Source: Candidatus Thorarchaeota archaeon (GTDB taxonomy: Archaea; Asgardarchaeota; Thorarchaeia; Thorarchaeales; Thorarchaeaceae). From it: a DNA stretch of 24,729 nt. Positions 1-7,920 of this stretch are shown piece by piece. The stretch is taken from positions 1-24,729 of the forward strand of contig PRDI01000087.1 in NCBI GenBank assembly GCA_003345595.1, written 5' to 3'. The translations under genes were made by a program, and so were the position numbers. A model generated the notes under the pieces. That model saw only the letters and a program-made list of their open reading frames with translations. It did not search any database and was not told the DNA's origin. Each line of letters begins with the position of its first letter. Within the stretch, counting starts at the first letter, position 1.

Positions 1-723
1 CGTGCCGCCGCCAGTGGGGCATATCACAGCATCCGGGACGCTCCATGCAAGCTGTTCGCATATCTCAAATCCCAGCGTCTTTTTTCCCTCAACCCGATAG
101 GGCTCCTTAGTGGTGGACAGGTCGGTCCAATCCCCGCCCGAGAGCTTCATCTTCGCCGAACAGTCTGCGATGGTGCCCTTAACCTCAGTCGCTTCTGCCC
201 CGTACAGACCGCACTCGTTGAAGAAAGAAGATGGAGTGTCAGCAGGCATGAACACATGGGATCTTACACCAGCAGCTGCGCAGTAGGCACTCATCGATAC
301 TGCTGCGTTGCCTGCTGACGGGAGAGCAAAGGACCGTGCTCCGAGCTCAAGGTGTTTCGACACAGCAGCACAAAGCCCCCGGTCCTTGAACGAGGAGGTA
401 GGATTTCGCGATTCATCCTTTATCATCAGGCTCGTCAGTCCTACCTCGGAGTACAGTCTTCTTGATCGTATCAGGGGAGTCCAGCCCTCGCCCAAACTGA
501 CGATGGAGGACTCGGAGCGAACAGGCAGCAATTCCGAGTAACGCCACATGGTTGACAAATGAGATGGAAAACCCGCTGATGACACTAGTTCCCTCACGTG
601 CACCATGTCATATCTTGCGAACAAAGGTGAACCACATGAACAGTACGACACAGTCCTGCTTTCCTGATACTTGCGCCCGCAAGCTGGACACTGGAGCTCT
701 ACAAGACACGAGGCCGATTGCAT
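1..723 (-). CDS. thrC: Threonine synthase (PLP-dependent), 3'-truncated by window edge; absent from ORF track
   Basis: Manual translation from ATG at 723: MQSASCLVELQCPACGRKY..YCSCGSPL (Zn ribbon)..MWRYSELLP..SLGEGWTPL..KDESRNPTSSFKDRG (PLP Lys)..PSAGNAA..EPYRVEGKKTLGFEI..PTGGGT. Confidence 0.88.
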   Translation of the reverse strand, partial: MQSASCLVELQCPACGRKYQESRTVSYCSCGSPLFARYDMVHVRELVSSAGFPSHLSTMWRYSELLPVRSESSIVSLGEGWTPLIRSRRLYSEVGLTSLMIKDESRNPTSSFKDRGLCAAVSKHLELGARSFALPSAGNAAVSMSAYCAAAGVRSHVFMPADTPSSFFNECGLYGAEATEVKGTIADCSAKMKLSGGDWTDLSTTKEPYRVEGKKTLGFEICEQLAWSVPDAVICPTGGGT

Positions 724-796
724 GGAGTGATTTACAGCAAACCTCAGAGATATATGTGGTTGTCTTCTATTTTAGCCCGTCTACGACCAAGTTGGT

Positions 797-1990
797 GTGC
801 CTTTGACTGAGTTGGGAAGACCAGTAATGCCGTTCGCCGCTATTGTTGGAATGGAGAAGCTGAAACTGGCTCTTATGCTGAATGGAGTCAACCCGAAGAT
901 TGGGGGTGTGCTCATTTCAGGACCCAAAGGTACAGGCAAGACGACTGCGGTCAGGGCACTCGCAGATCTGCTGCCAAACGTGGAAGTCGTAGAAGACTGC
1001 CGTTTCGGCTGTGGCCCTTCAAGTGAGTTTCTGTGTCTCGAATGTGAGAAACGCCGCGAACAGGGCGAGGAGCTCAAGAGTCTGACAAGGAAGATGCGAG
1101 TAGTCAACCTCCCCTTGTCCACAACTGAAGACAGACTCATTGGTGCTCTCGATATTGAACGAGTTCTGAAAGACGGTATTCAGGCGCTAAAACCGGGCAT
1201 ACTTGCTGAGGCAAATCAGAACATACTCTATGTAGACGAGGTGAATCTCCTTCCTGATCATCTGGTTGATGATTTGCTCGATGCGGCAGCCACGAAAGTG
1301 AACGTGATCGAAAGGGAAGGGGTTTCAGTTTCGCATCCCTCTGATTTCGTCTTGGTTGGCACCATGAACCCCGAGGAGGGTGAACTGCGACCGCAACTCC
1401 TTGACAGGTTTCCTCTTCATGTTGAGGTTGGCGCTGGACTGTCTGTCGACCAGAGGATGGAACTCGTTAGAAGAAACCTTGCATTTGAGAAAAACCCCAC
1501 AGCATTCAGAGAGCAGTGGGCCGAGGACCAATCCCGACTGAGGGGGAAGATTGTCACTGCCAAGGAACTCCTGGAGCATGTCGTTCTCTCTGAGACTGGA
1601 CTCAGAGCGATTGCGATGGCGTGTGACGCGCTGGAGGTTGACGGCGTCAGGCCGGACATAATCATCAGCAAGACCGCAATCACCAATGCCGCCTTCGATG
1701 GACGAGAGGAGGTGTCCTTGGACGACCTGAAGCTCGCAGCACAGCTTGCCCTCAGCCATCGGACAAGGAGAGGAGGGCTGCTCGAACCTCCATCGTCAGA
1801 TGAAATCGACCGGGCTATTACAAGAGCTGTAGACGTCACAAGAAGAGAAGACAAGCGAGCATCTCCATCTGAAACACCTGAAGAGCCGGGGGAGAAATCA
1901 GAAAAGCGAGCCAAAGGAATGTTCGGTCGACAAGCAGGAATGGCTAAGGCCGGCAGCGACGATGTAAAAAAAAAGCTCCTCGGCACATAA
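797..1990 (+). CDS. chlI: ChlI/ChlD-type (Mg/Co chelatase family) AAA+ ATPase; probable N-terminal part of a frameshifted chlD-like gene. Start is GTG797 or ATG827
   Basis: PFAAIVG, Walker [29 protein letters not shown], Walker [28 protein letters not shown]; acidic/Pro-rich C-terminal linker like the ChlD linker. Confidence 0.9.
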   Translation: MPLTELGRPVMPFAAIVGMEKLKLALMLNGVNPKIGGVLISGPKGTGKTTAVRALADLLPNVEVVEDCRFGCGPSSEFLCLECEKRREQGEELKSLTRKMRVVNLPLSTTEDRLIGALDIERVLKDGIQALKPGILAEANQNILYVDEVNLLPDHLVDDLLDAAATKVNVIEREGVSVSHPSDFVLVGTMNPEEGELRPQLLDRFPLHVEVGAGLSVDQRMELVRRNLAFEKNPTAFREQWAEDQSRLRGKIVTAKELLEHVVLSETGLRAIAMACDALEVDGVRPDIIISKTAITNAAFDGREEVSLDDLKLAAQLALSHRTRRGGLLEPPSSDEIDRAITRAVDVTRREDKRASPSETPEEPGEKSEKRAKGMFGRQAGMAKAGSDDVKKKLLGT

Positions 1991-2003
1991 TGAGGCCACG
2001 AGG
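1966..2003 (+). promoter_or_regulatory. Candidate -1 programmed frameshift/slippage signal: A9 run (A_AAA_AAA_AAG) plus downstream hairpin
   Basis: A1966-A1974 read as GTA AAA AAA AAG in frame 0. The -1 frame is open from 1948 (TAA at 1945-47) into ORF 1990..3468. CCTCG(1978-82)/CGAGG(1999-2003) stem begins 5 nt after A_AAA_AAA. Confidence 0.7.
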
Positions 2004-3468
2004 TAATCCATTCAAGGGCACCATCTGTGCAATCATGATGGTAGTAGTGACCACATATTCTGCCTGGGTGTTCTTCAGTCCCATCAACACTTATTTCGGG
2101 CAGCGACCAGGCGTGCTTCCATCTCTACCAGTCATCCTGGTTGACACATTTGTGTACGCGCCCATCATGTATCTGCTAGTTCGCAGATGGCTTAGGACTA
2201 TGATGAGAAGGAAGGGAGGTCTCGCGGCGGGAATTGACTTCGTCGAAACTGGAGACGCAAAGCCTGAACCAGGAGATCAGTGGGGGCGAGCGACACGACC
2301 GTACAGCCCTGTGACACCGTCTAGAATCACAGGATCAAAGTCAGACTTGCGCAGCACGCCTGAAGGACTAGGTATCGACTTCTTTTCGACAACACCCGAT
2401 TTCACGGCAGGTGAGGAGCTCTTCGACCCTTCAGAACTGAGCTCCAGAGTGACGAAACGAGCATCCGTTGCATCGGGAGGTAGGCTGCGCATGCGCGTGA
2501 GCTCACGAGCCATGGGTTCAATGAAGGCTTCTGAGAGTGCGCAAAGAGGTAGATTGTTACGTTCGAGAATACCGCGGGGTGAATGGTTCAGCCTTCACGT
2601 TCCGTCCACTCTTGTGGCAGCACTGCTCAGGAGAGGCAAGACCGGGGCAAGGCAGGGTCCTCTAATCCAGCGGGAAGACCTGAGGGAGAAGGTGTTCTCC
2701 GGAAGAGCCCCCCTAACAATCATCTTGGTCATTGATGTCAGCTTGTCCATGAAGGGCAGCATGGTCGAGGTTAGGAAGATAGTGAATAGGATAGAACAGG
2801 AAACACGGGGCTCCAGAGATCGGGCAGGGATAGTGGCTTTCAAAGACAGTGGCGCTGTCGAGGTCCAGGCTCCGACTTCAAACTGGAATAGAATCTATAG
2901 AGCGCTCGTTGCTCTTAGGATTTCAGGATTGACGCCATTAGCGCAGGCACTGATGAAGGCTCTAGATGCGATAAAGCGAGAGAGGATGAGGAATAGCAGC
3001 ATCGAGCCCCTGGTAGTGCTCATATCAGACTTCGCCCCGAACATACCTCTTGCCCGGTCATTGGATGGAAATGCGACCGTGTACTCTCCTGTAGAAGACA
3101 TGATCAGAGCTGCCAGGCTTCTTCGAAGAGAGAGAGTACGACTCGTCGCTGTCAACGTTGACACACAGGAATCAGCATGGTCAAGATTTCTCAAGAGGCC
3201 CTATCACGAGGCCGTGGAGCTGGCCGCAATGCTCCGGGCAAGAAAGGAGGGCTTGGCTGATCCTGTGGAAGCCGTCTTGGCGGTTCCAGAGTTCCGCAAG
3301 TCCTTTGGAGCATACCTTGTCGCCAGAATTGGTGGCGGAAAGGCATTCCTTTCGAGCGAACTCACTGCTAAGAAGTCAGTCTTGGGCACCTTTCTGAACG
3401 CGACCAGTAGCCAGACGCGACACAGACCTGAGGATTTGCGCAAGGCCGAGTCGTACATCGCACATTAG
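1990..3468 (+). CDS. ChlD C-terminal-like vWA (MIDAS) protein with two N-terminal transmembrane helices
   Basis: Two hydrophobic segments (about aa 10-30 and 46-65); ChlD-like pre-vWA motif RGRLLRSRIP..STLVAA..EDLREKV; MIDAS elements DVSLS, GLTPLAQAL, VVLISD; TAATG stop/start overlap with upstream ORF. Confidence 0.85.
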   Translation: MRPRGNPFKGTICAIMMVVVTTYSAWVFFSPINTYFGQRPGVLPSLPVILVDTFVYAPIMYLLVRRWLRTMMRRKGGLAAGIDFVETGDAKPEPGDQWGRATRPYSPVTPSRITGSKSDLRSTPEGLGIDFFSTTPDFTAGEELFDPSELSSRVTKRASVASGGRLRMRVSSRAMGSMKASESAQRGRLLRSRIPRGEWFSLHVPSTLVAALLRRGKTGARQGPLIQREDLREKVFSGRAPLTIILVIDVSLSMKGSMVEVRKIVNRIEQETRGSRDRAGIVAFKDSGAVEVQAPTSNWNRIYRALVALRISGLTPLAQALMKALDAIKRERMRNSSIEPLVVLISDFAPNIPLARSLDGNATVYSPVEDMIRAARLLRRERVRLVAVNVDTQESAWSRFLKRPYHEAVELAAMLRARKEGLADPVEAVLAVPEFRKSFGAYLVARIGGGKAFLSSELTAKKSVLGTFLNATSSQTRHRPEDLRKAESYIAH

Positions 3469-3540
3469 TCATAAATTCCAGTTCATCGGTGAGGCTGGCA
3501 TCGCGATTGTTTTATCAGGATACCAGGACACCCAGACAGA

Positions 3541-3647
3541 GGCGCACTCAGCCCGACATTCGCCTGGTGTCATAGTGAGTGAGGAGAGCCCAGTAGGGTT
3601 TTCGATGAATCCACTTTTCATGCATCATGGCACAGGGCTGGTGCGCC
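3541..3647 (+). ncRNA. Candidate structured RNA (5' leader or sRNA) with long closing stem; strand uncertain
   Basis: ggcgcac-t-cagccc (3541-54) pairs with gggctggtgcgcc (3635-47); inner gtgtcat/atggcac and further helices; TTTTATCA TATA-like box ~25 nt upstream. Confidence 0.45.
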
Positions 3648-3680
3648 CCTCGCAGAAGACCAATTAAGGAGTCGCTTGAG

Positions 3681-4739
3681 TTGCTACATGGTAAGCTCCC
3701 ACCAGACGTGCTAGAACGCTTGGTGTTCAATCACCTTGGCAAGATAGACCCGGACGTAGTACTCGGGCCCGGCACTGGCAGAGATGCCGCATTGTTGCGC
3801 GTTGGCAACATGGTCCTTGTAGCGTCCACCGATCCAATCACGGGCTCCATTGAGGACGTTGGTTGGCTCTCGGTACATGTGAACGCAAATGATGTTGCTG
3901 CCTTTGGGGTGGCTCCCAGATGGTTCTTCTTGTCGATCATGCTACCATCAGGCAATAAGGCGTCATCCATCGGACGGATAATGGAGCAGGTCGATGAAGC
4001 GGCAAAGTCTCTGAACGTATCCGTGGCAGGGGGACACACTGAGGTAACCCCGAGCATTGACAGACCAATCGTCGCGGGATTCATGTTGGGTCTCGCGAGA
4101 CAAGGCCAGTACGTAGTGCCGTCGGGTGCCCGACCAGGGGACTCAATTGTTCTTACCAAGACCATTGGCATTGAAGGCACTGCCATAATTGCTGCTGAAG
4201 GAGCACCGATGCTTGTGGAAAGAGTAGGAAGGAAGGTCATCAGCGAGGGTCGTAGTCTTCGCAGCCAGATTAGTGTGGTCAGAGAGGGACTGGCCGCATT
4301 CCAGAGTGGACACGTAACAGGCATGCATGACCCCACCGAGGGAGGAGTGGCAGGCGGAGTTCACGAACTCTGCGACTCAAGCGAGGTTGGTTGCGAAATA
4401 GATTCTGATACACTTCCAATCCACCCATCAACTGAAGCGTTGTGTCAAGAACTCGGCATTAACGTCCTGGAACTGATTAGCAGCGGTTGTATGTTAATCA
4501 CTTGTGACCCAGAGCACGCTAACGATGTGGTCAGCGCAGTTCAGTCTACGGGAGTCGCTGCCAGGGTCATTGGGACCCTCGTATCAGATCCAGCCCATCG
4601 CGTCCTTACCTCGCGTAAGGGTCTGAGAAGACTGCCTCGGCCAAAAACCGATGCGCTGTGGGGCGCACTCAGAAAGATAGAGGACGCACGAAATCACGCA
4701 AGAGGTCGATCAAGGCATCGCTCACGCCCTCCACAGTGA
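3681..4739 (+). CDS. AIR synthase-related (PurM/HypE/ThiL superfamily, PurM-like) protein
   Basis: GKLPP, GPGTGRDAA, STDPITG, HVNANDVA, GGHTEVT, MHDPTEGG motifs; start reassigned to TTG3681, preceded by AAGGAG. Confidence 0.85.
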   Translation: MLHGKLPPDVLERLVFNHLGKIDPDVVLGPGTGRDAALLRVGNMVLVASTDPITGSIEDVGWLSVHVNANDVAAFGVAPRWFFLSIMLPSGNKASSIGRIMEQVDEAAKSLNVSVAGGHTEVTPSIDRPIVAGFMLGLARQGQYVVPSGARPGDSIVLTKTIGIEGTAIIAAEGAPMLVERVGRKVISEGRSLRSQISVVREGLAAFQSGHVTGMHDPTEGGVAGGVHELCDSSEVGCEIDSDTLPIHPSTEALCQELGINVLELISSGCMLITCDPEHANDVVSAVQSTGVAARVIGTLVSDPAHRVLTSRKGLRRLPRPKTDALWGALRKIEDARNHARGRSRHRSRPPQ

Positions 4740-5460
4740 ACGGCGACAAAGAAACATTCCCGTTGACTAACACCTCATGCGCGTCTGTGCCAGGCCTAGG
4801 TTCTATCTCAATGCCGCGGATCCAGTAGTAGGGGCTGCCTTGGGGATCCATCCTGCGTTCAACCTCATTCACCATCCGGGCAGATGTTGGTTTCGTGATC
4901 ACAAGTCTGGTAGTTTTCTTAATCTCGTGGGGGAAGTTCAAGTTCAAGACATCCACCCCTTTGGGCATGCCGAGCTGAAGCACCAGATCGATGAGTCTGT
5001 TGGTGAACTGACAGACATATTGGCTGTCTGTTTTGGAACCGGACGGCGTAAACCACTCGTCTGAATGGCCTTCTTGGGAAACCGCAATGGCGGGAAACCC
5101 TCGGATAGCGGCCTCGATGGCCCCGCACACAGTGCCGCTCGTCAGAATGCTCTGGTACCCAACGTTGGCGCCGGAATTGATGCCTGACACAAACAAAGCG
5201 ATATCCTTGGCGAAGTACTGAGCTATCACAACAGAGTCAGCCGGCATACCGTCGTGGGCGATTAGTGTGTACCCGTCCATCGCACACTCGCGAGTGAACC
5301 GTATCGGACGATTGAAAGTAAGTGCCTTCCCCGTTGCACTGCGCTGCCCGTCAGGCACAACCACGATCAGGTCCACTCGACTCTTGAGCGAATCTGCCAA
5401 GCTAAGGAGGCCTTGACTCAAAGGACCATCATCATTGATTAGACAGACCTTGTGCAACAA
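4669..5460 (-). CDS. surE: 5'/3'-nucleotidase SurE
   Basis: INDDG, VVVPDGQRSATG, GMPADSV, SGINSGANVG, SGTV..A.EA, LNLNFP, DPQGSPYYW, GTD motifs. Confidence 0.93.
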   Translation of the reverse strand: MLHKVCLINDDGPLSQGLLSLADSLKSRVDLIVVVPDGQRSATGKALTFNRPIRFTRECAMDGYTLIAHDGMPADSVVIAQYFAKDIALFVSGINSGANVGYQSILTSGTVCGAIEAAIRGFPAIAVSQEGHSDEWFTPSGSKTDSQYVCQFTNRLIDLVLQLGMPKGVDVLNLNFPHEIKKTTRLVITKPTSARMVNEVERRMDPQGSPYYWIRGIEIEPRPGTDAHEVLVNGNVSLSPFTVEGVSDALIDLLRDFVRPLSF

Positions 5461-5523
5461 TCAGCTCTCCGGGGAATGGTTACCACCCGGCTCGGCTGAT
5501 CTGCTGATAAGAATGACGGATTG

Positions 5524-5566
5524 AAAAAGGAAAGGGAGGAGAGAAGCAGCCCACGGTTGCCCCTCC
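5524..5566 (-). terminator. Hairpin plus pyrimidine/U tract downstream of histone gene
   Basis: Minus strand reads gaggggcaacc..gggctgcttctc then ctccctttccttttt. Confidence 0.45.
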
Positions 5567-5598
5567 ACCCACCTCACTAGTCGTACGCTTGAGCGTTT

Positions 5599-5769
5599 TC
5601 AGAGGTCCTCAGGCTTCAGAGTCTTCCTCTTGTTGCCTTCGGTCCGCTTCCCTGCGTGCTCAAGCAGTTCCTTGACCTTTGCGTCAAGAGCACCGTAGAA
5701 CTCAGAACTGACCTGCAGGTCATGGCTCTTAGCGAATTCCTGCACCTTTGACTTGACTATAAAGCTCAT
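5599..5769 (-). CDS. Small histone-fold protein, 56 aa (short alpha3 / face-to-face-like prokaryotic histone); absent from ORF track
   Basis: MSFIVKSKVQEFAKSHDLQVSSEFYGALDAKVKELLEHAGKRTEGNKRKTLKPEDL; RKTxxxxD clamp; upstream GGAG and own TATA box. Confidence 0.88.
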   Translation of the reverse strand: MSFIVKSKVQEFAKSHDLQVSSEFYGALDAKVKELLEHAGKRTEGNKRKTLKPEDL

Positions 5770-5820
5770 TTTTGCACTTCGCTCCTAGAGGAATGCTGGC
5801 CAAACTAGGCAGGCGCCCCG

Positions 5821-5834
5821 CTTATAAGCCTTAT
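5821..5834 (-). promoter_or_regulatory. BRE/TATA promoter of histone gene
   Basis: Minus strand GATAAGGCTTATAAG ~50 nt upstream of ATG; similar YTTAWNA boxes precede surE, wecB, HAD and the dpp genes. Confidence 0.55.
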
Positions 5835-5950
5835 CAGAAGACAGTCCTCAGCGGCGCTCTTGCACCTAATTTGGGGCATTTCCGGCCAATTGATGTTTGC
5901 TGCAATGATGACTGGCTAGTATAAACGATTTGCAACACTAATCGACGTTG

Positions 5951-7036
5951 TCAGGCGAGTTTACGCTGAAGGATGCTGAGTATCTTCTGGGATGCATCAC
6001 CGGATCCGAACGGACAGGGTCTAGTACCTAGTTGCCCTGACGCCAAGACATCACTAATCATCTTTGGAAAAACCCCGGGATCCACTCCAACTACCGTCGC
6101 ATGGCCAGACTCAACAGCCTCAGGTCGCTCTGTCGAAAGCCTGAGAACGAACACCCTCTTGTTGATAGATGGGGCAGTCACTTCCTCTTGTATCCCTCCT
6201 GAATCAGTGACAACATATGAGCACATGTCCATCAGATACAAGAAGTCGAGGTAGCCCACAGGTTCTACCATCCGAATCTGACTTGAGCTCTCCAGTAGGC
6301 CCAAGAGCCCGAACTCTCTCAGGCGGGCGACTGTTCTCGGATGCACAGGGAATATGATTCTTGCGCGAAGTGACAAGAGCCCTCGGATCAAACCCTCAAG
6401 AATGGGCTTCTTGTCGACGTTCTCAGCCCGGTGAAGCGTAAGAAGTACAAATCCCCCACGCTTGACCCCAACCAATGGGCTCTTCCGCTTGCGAGCCACC
6501 GGCAGATTGGCCTCAATAGCGTCGATGACCGTATTACCTGTCACAAAGATCTCGCCCATAACATTCTCATGTCTCAGAGTTTCTGCTGAATGTTCAGTGG
6601 GTGCAAAGAGGAAGTCCGAGGCATGATCCGTGAGCCGCCTGTTGTACTCCTCAGGCATTCGCTTGTCATAGCTCCTCAGACCTGCTTCGACATGAGCCAG
6701 CGGTATCCTCATCTTTACTGCTGCCAGTGCTGCAGAGAGAACTGCATTGGTGTCGCCCAACACAACAACAACGCTTGGCGTTTCGGCAAGTAGCTCCTTC
6801 TCTATCCCGATAAGTGCCTTGGCTGTTTGTTCTGAGTGAGTTCCCGATCCGATATTCAGGTTCGCGTCGGGCTCGCGGAGGCCGAGGTCTGCGAAGAAAG
6901 AGTCACTCATGTACTGGGTGTAATGTTGGCCTGTGTGCACGAGAAAGTAGTCTACTCCCCGCCTGTCACACTCCTTGATGATCGGTGACATCTTCACTAT
7001 CTCGGGTCTTGTCCCGACAACAAAACATGGCTTCAC
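5951..7036 (-). CDS. wecB: UDP-N-acetylglucosamine 2-epimerase (non-hydrolysing)
   Basis: GTRPEIVKM, HTGQHY, GDTN, HVEAGLRS, PEEYNR, TGNTVIDA, TLHRAEN, TDSGGIQEE, TERPE. Confidence 0.95.
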   Translation of the reverse strand: MKPCFVVGTRPEIVKMSPIIKECDRRGVDYFLVHTGQHYTQYMSDSFFADLGLREPDANLNIGSGTHSEQTAKALIGIEKELLAETPSVVVVLGDTNAVLSAALAAVKMRIPLAHVEAGLRSYDKRMPEEYNRRLTDHASDFLFAPTEHSAETLRHENVMGEIFVTGNTVIDAIEANLPVARKRKSPLVGVKRGGFVLLTLHRAENVDKKPILEGLIRGLLSLRARIIFPVHPRTVARLREFGLLGLLESSSQIRMVEPVGYLDFLYLMDMCSYVVTDSGGIQEEVTAPSINKRVFVLRLSTERPEAVESGHATVVGVDPGVFPKMISDVLASGQLGTRPCPFGSGDASQKILSILQRKLA

Positions 7037-7090
7037 GCGAATCGGCCCGGACCATCTAGATGGACATTACTTCATAAGGATGGCGGACAA

Positions 7091-7777
7091 CTAGCCTCTG
7101 CGCTTCGATAGACGTGAATCAACTATTGGCAGTATCCCATCCAAAGAACTAACGACAACCTTCGCGCCAGCAGAGATCAGGGTCTTTCGATCGGTTTCAC
7201 CGGTCGTTACCCCCCAGAACTCGATACCAGCCCTAGATGCTGCAGCCCCATCTATGGACGCATCTCCCACGTATACGACCTGACTAGAACGCACTCGGAG
7301 ATTCCTCACGATTGTCCTGAGACCGTCAGGGTATGGCTTAGGGGTAGGTGACTCGTTTCGAGTCTGTATGATATCAAACAGATCCTCCAAGGGGATAACC
7401 TTCAGCATGATATCTACTGCAAACCGTCCATTGTTCGTGAGAATAGCCGTCTTGAGGCCGCGTTCTCTGACCTTTCGCACTGTTTCCAACGCACCCTCAA
7501 TCACTCTGGCCTCACCTGCCACACTGCCCTCGTACTCACTCAGCATCAAGTCCACCTCCGCCTCCATACGCTCCCAGTCGGAAATCGTCATTCCGTGCGA
7601 GAGGAAATAGCTCTTTGCTTTCATCGTCGAACTTGAGATTCCATCCGATTGGTCAAATACCCCTGGAGGCAGGCCTCTGGCGTGGTAGTACTCTTTTGTG
7701 TCCTTGCGCATTTCTTCTAAAGGGAGAGTCAGGACAGTCAGGGTTCCATCCAGATCGAATACCATGGCCTTCAGCAT
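7091..7777 (-). CDS. HAD-superfamily hydrolase (phosphoglycolate phosphatase-like)
   Basis: Motif I FDLDGT, II LTNN, III KPYP, IV YVGDASID. Confidence 0.88.
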   Translation of the reverse strand: MLKAMVFDLDGTLTVLTLPLEEMRKDTKEYYHARGLPPGVFDQSDGISSSTMKAKSYFLSHGMTISDWERMEAEVDLMLSEYEGSVAGEARVIEGALETVRKVRERGLKTAILTNNGRFAVDIMLKVIPLEDLFDIIQTRNESPTPKPYPDGLRTIVRNLRVRSSQVVYVGDASIDGAAASRAGIEFWGVTTGETDRKTLISAGAKVVVSSLDGILPIVDSRLSKRRG

Positions 7778-7920
7778 GGCTTATCCCATGCCCGAATCAA
7801 GGCGACCCGTACTTAAGCCTAGCCTCGCTTCGCGGCTGCCAGCAATCATCGATTCATCTGACTGTATTCGAATCAGAAGGGTGCATTTGCACCCATTCGC
7901 CCACTTGCAGCAGACACAAA

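Noticed and set aside
308-806. Plus-strand ORFs 308..541 and 552..806
   Set aside because: Antisense shadows of the threonine synthase gene
797-3468. Pseudogene interpretation or evidence for chlorophyll synthesis
   Set aside because: Both halves have intact motifs and the break falls at the domain linker; no chlH/bch genes are present in the window
3541-3647. SECIS element, TPP riboswitch, tRNA or canonical box C/D sRNA
   Set aside because: No in-frame-TGA selenoprotein seen nearby, no TPP core, no cloverleaf, and the C-like box is not adjacent to the terminal stem; kept only as an unknown structured RNA
3627-3680. N-terminal extension of the PurM-like ORF
   Set aside because: Lies within the RNA stem; the RBS and homology pattern favour TTG3681
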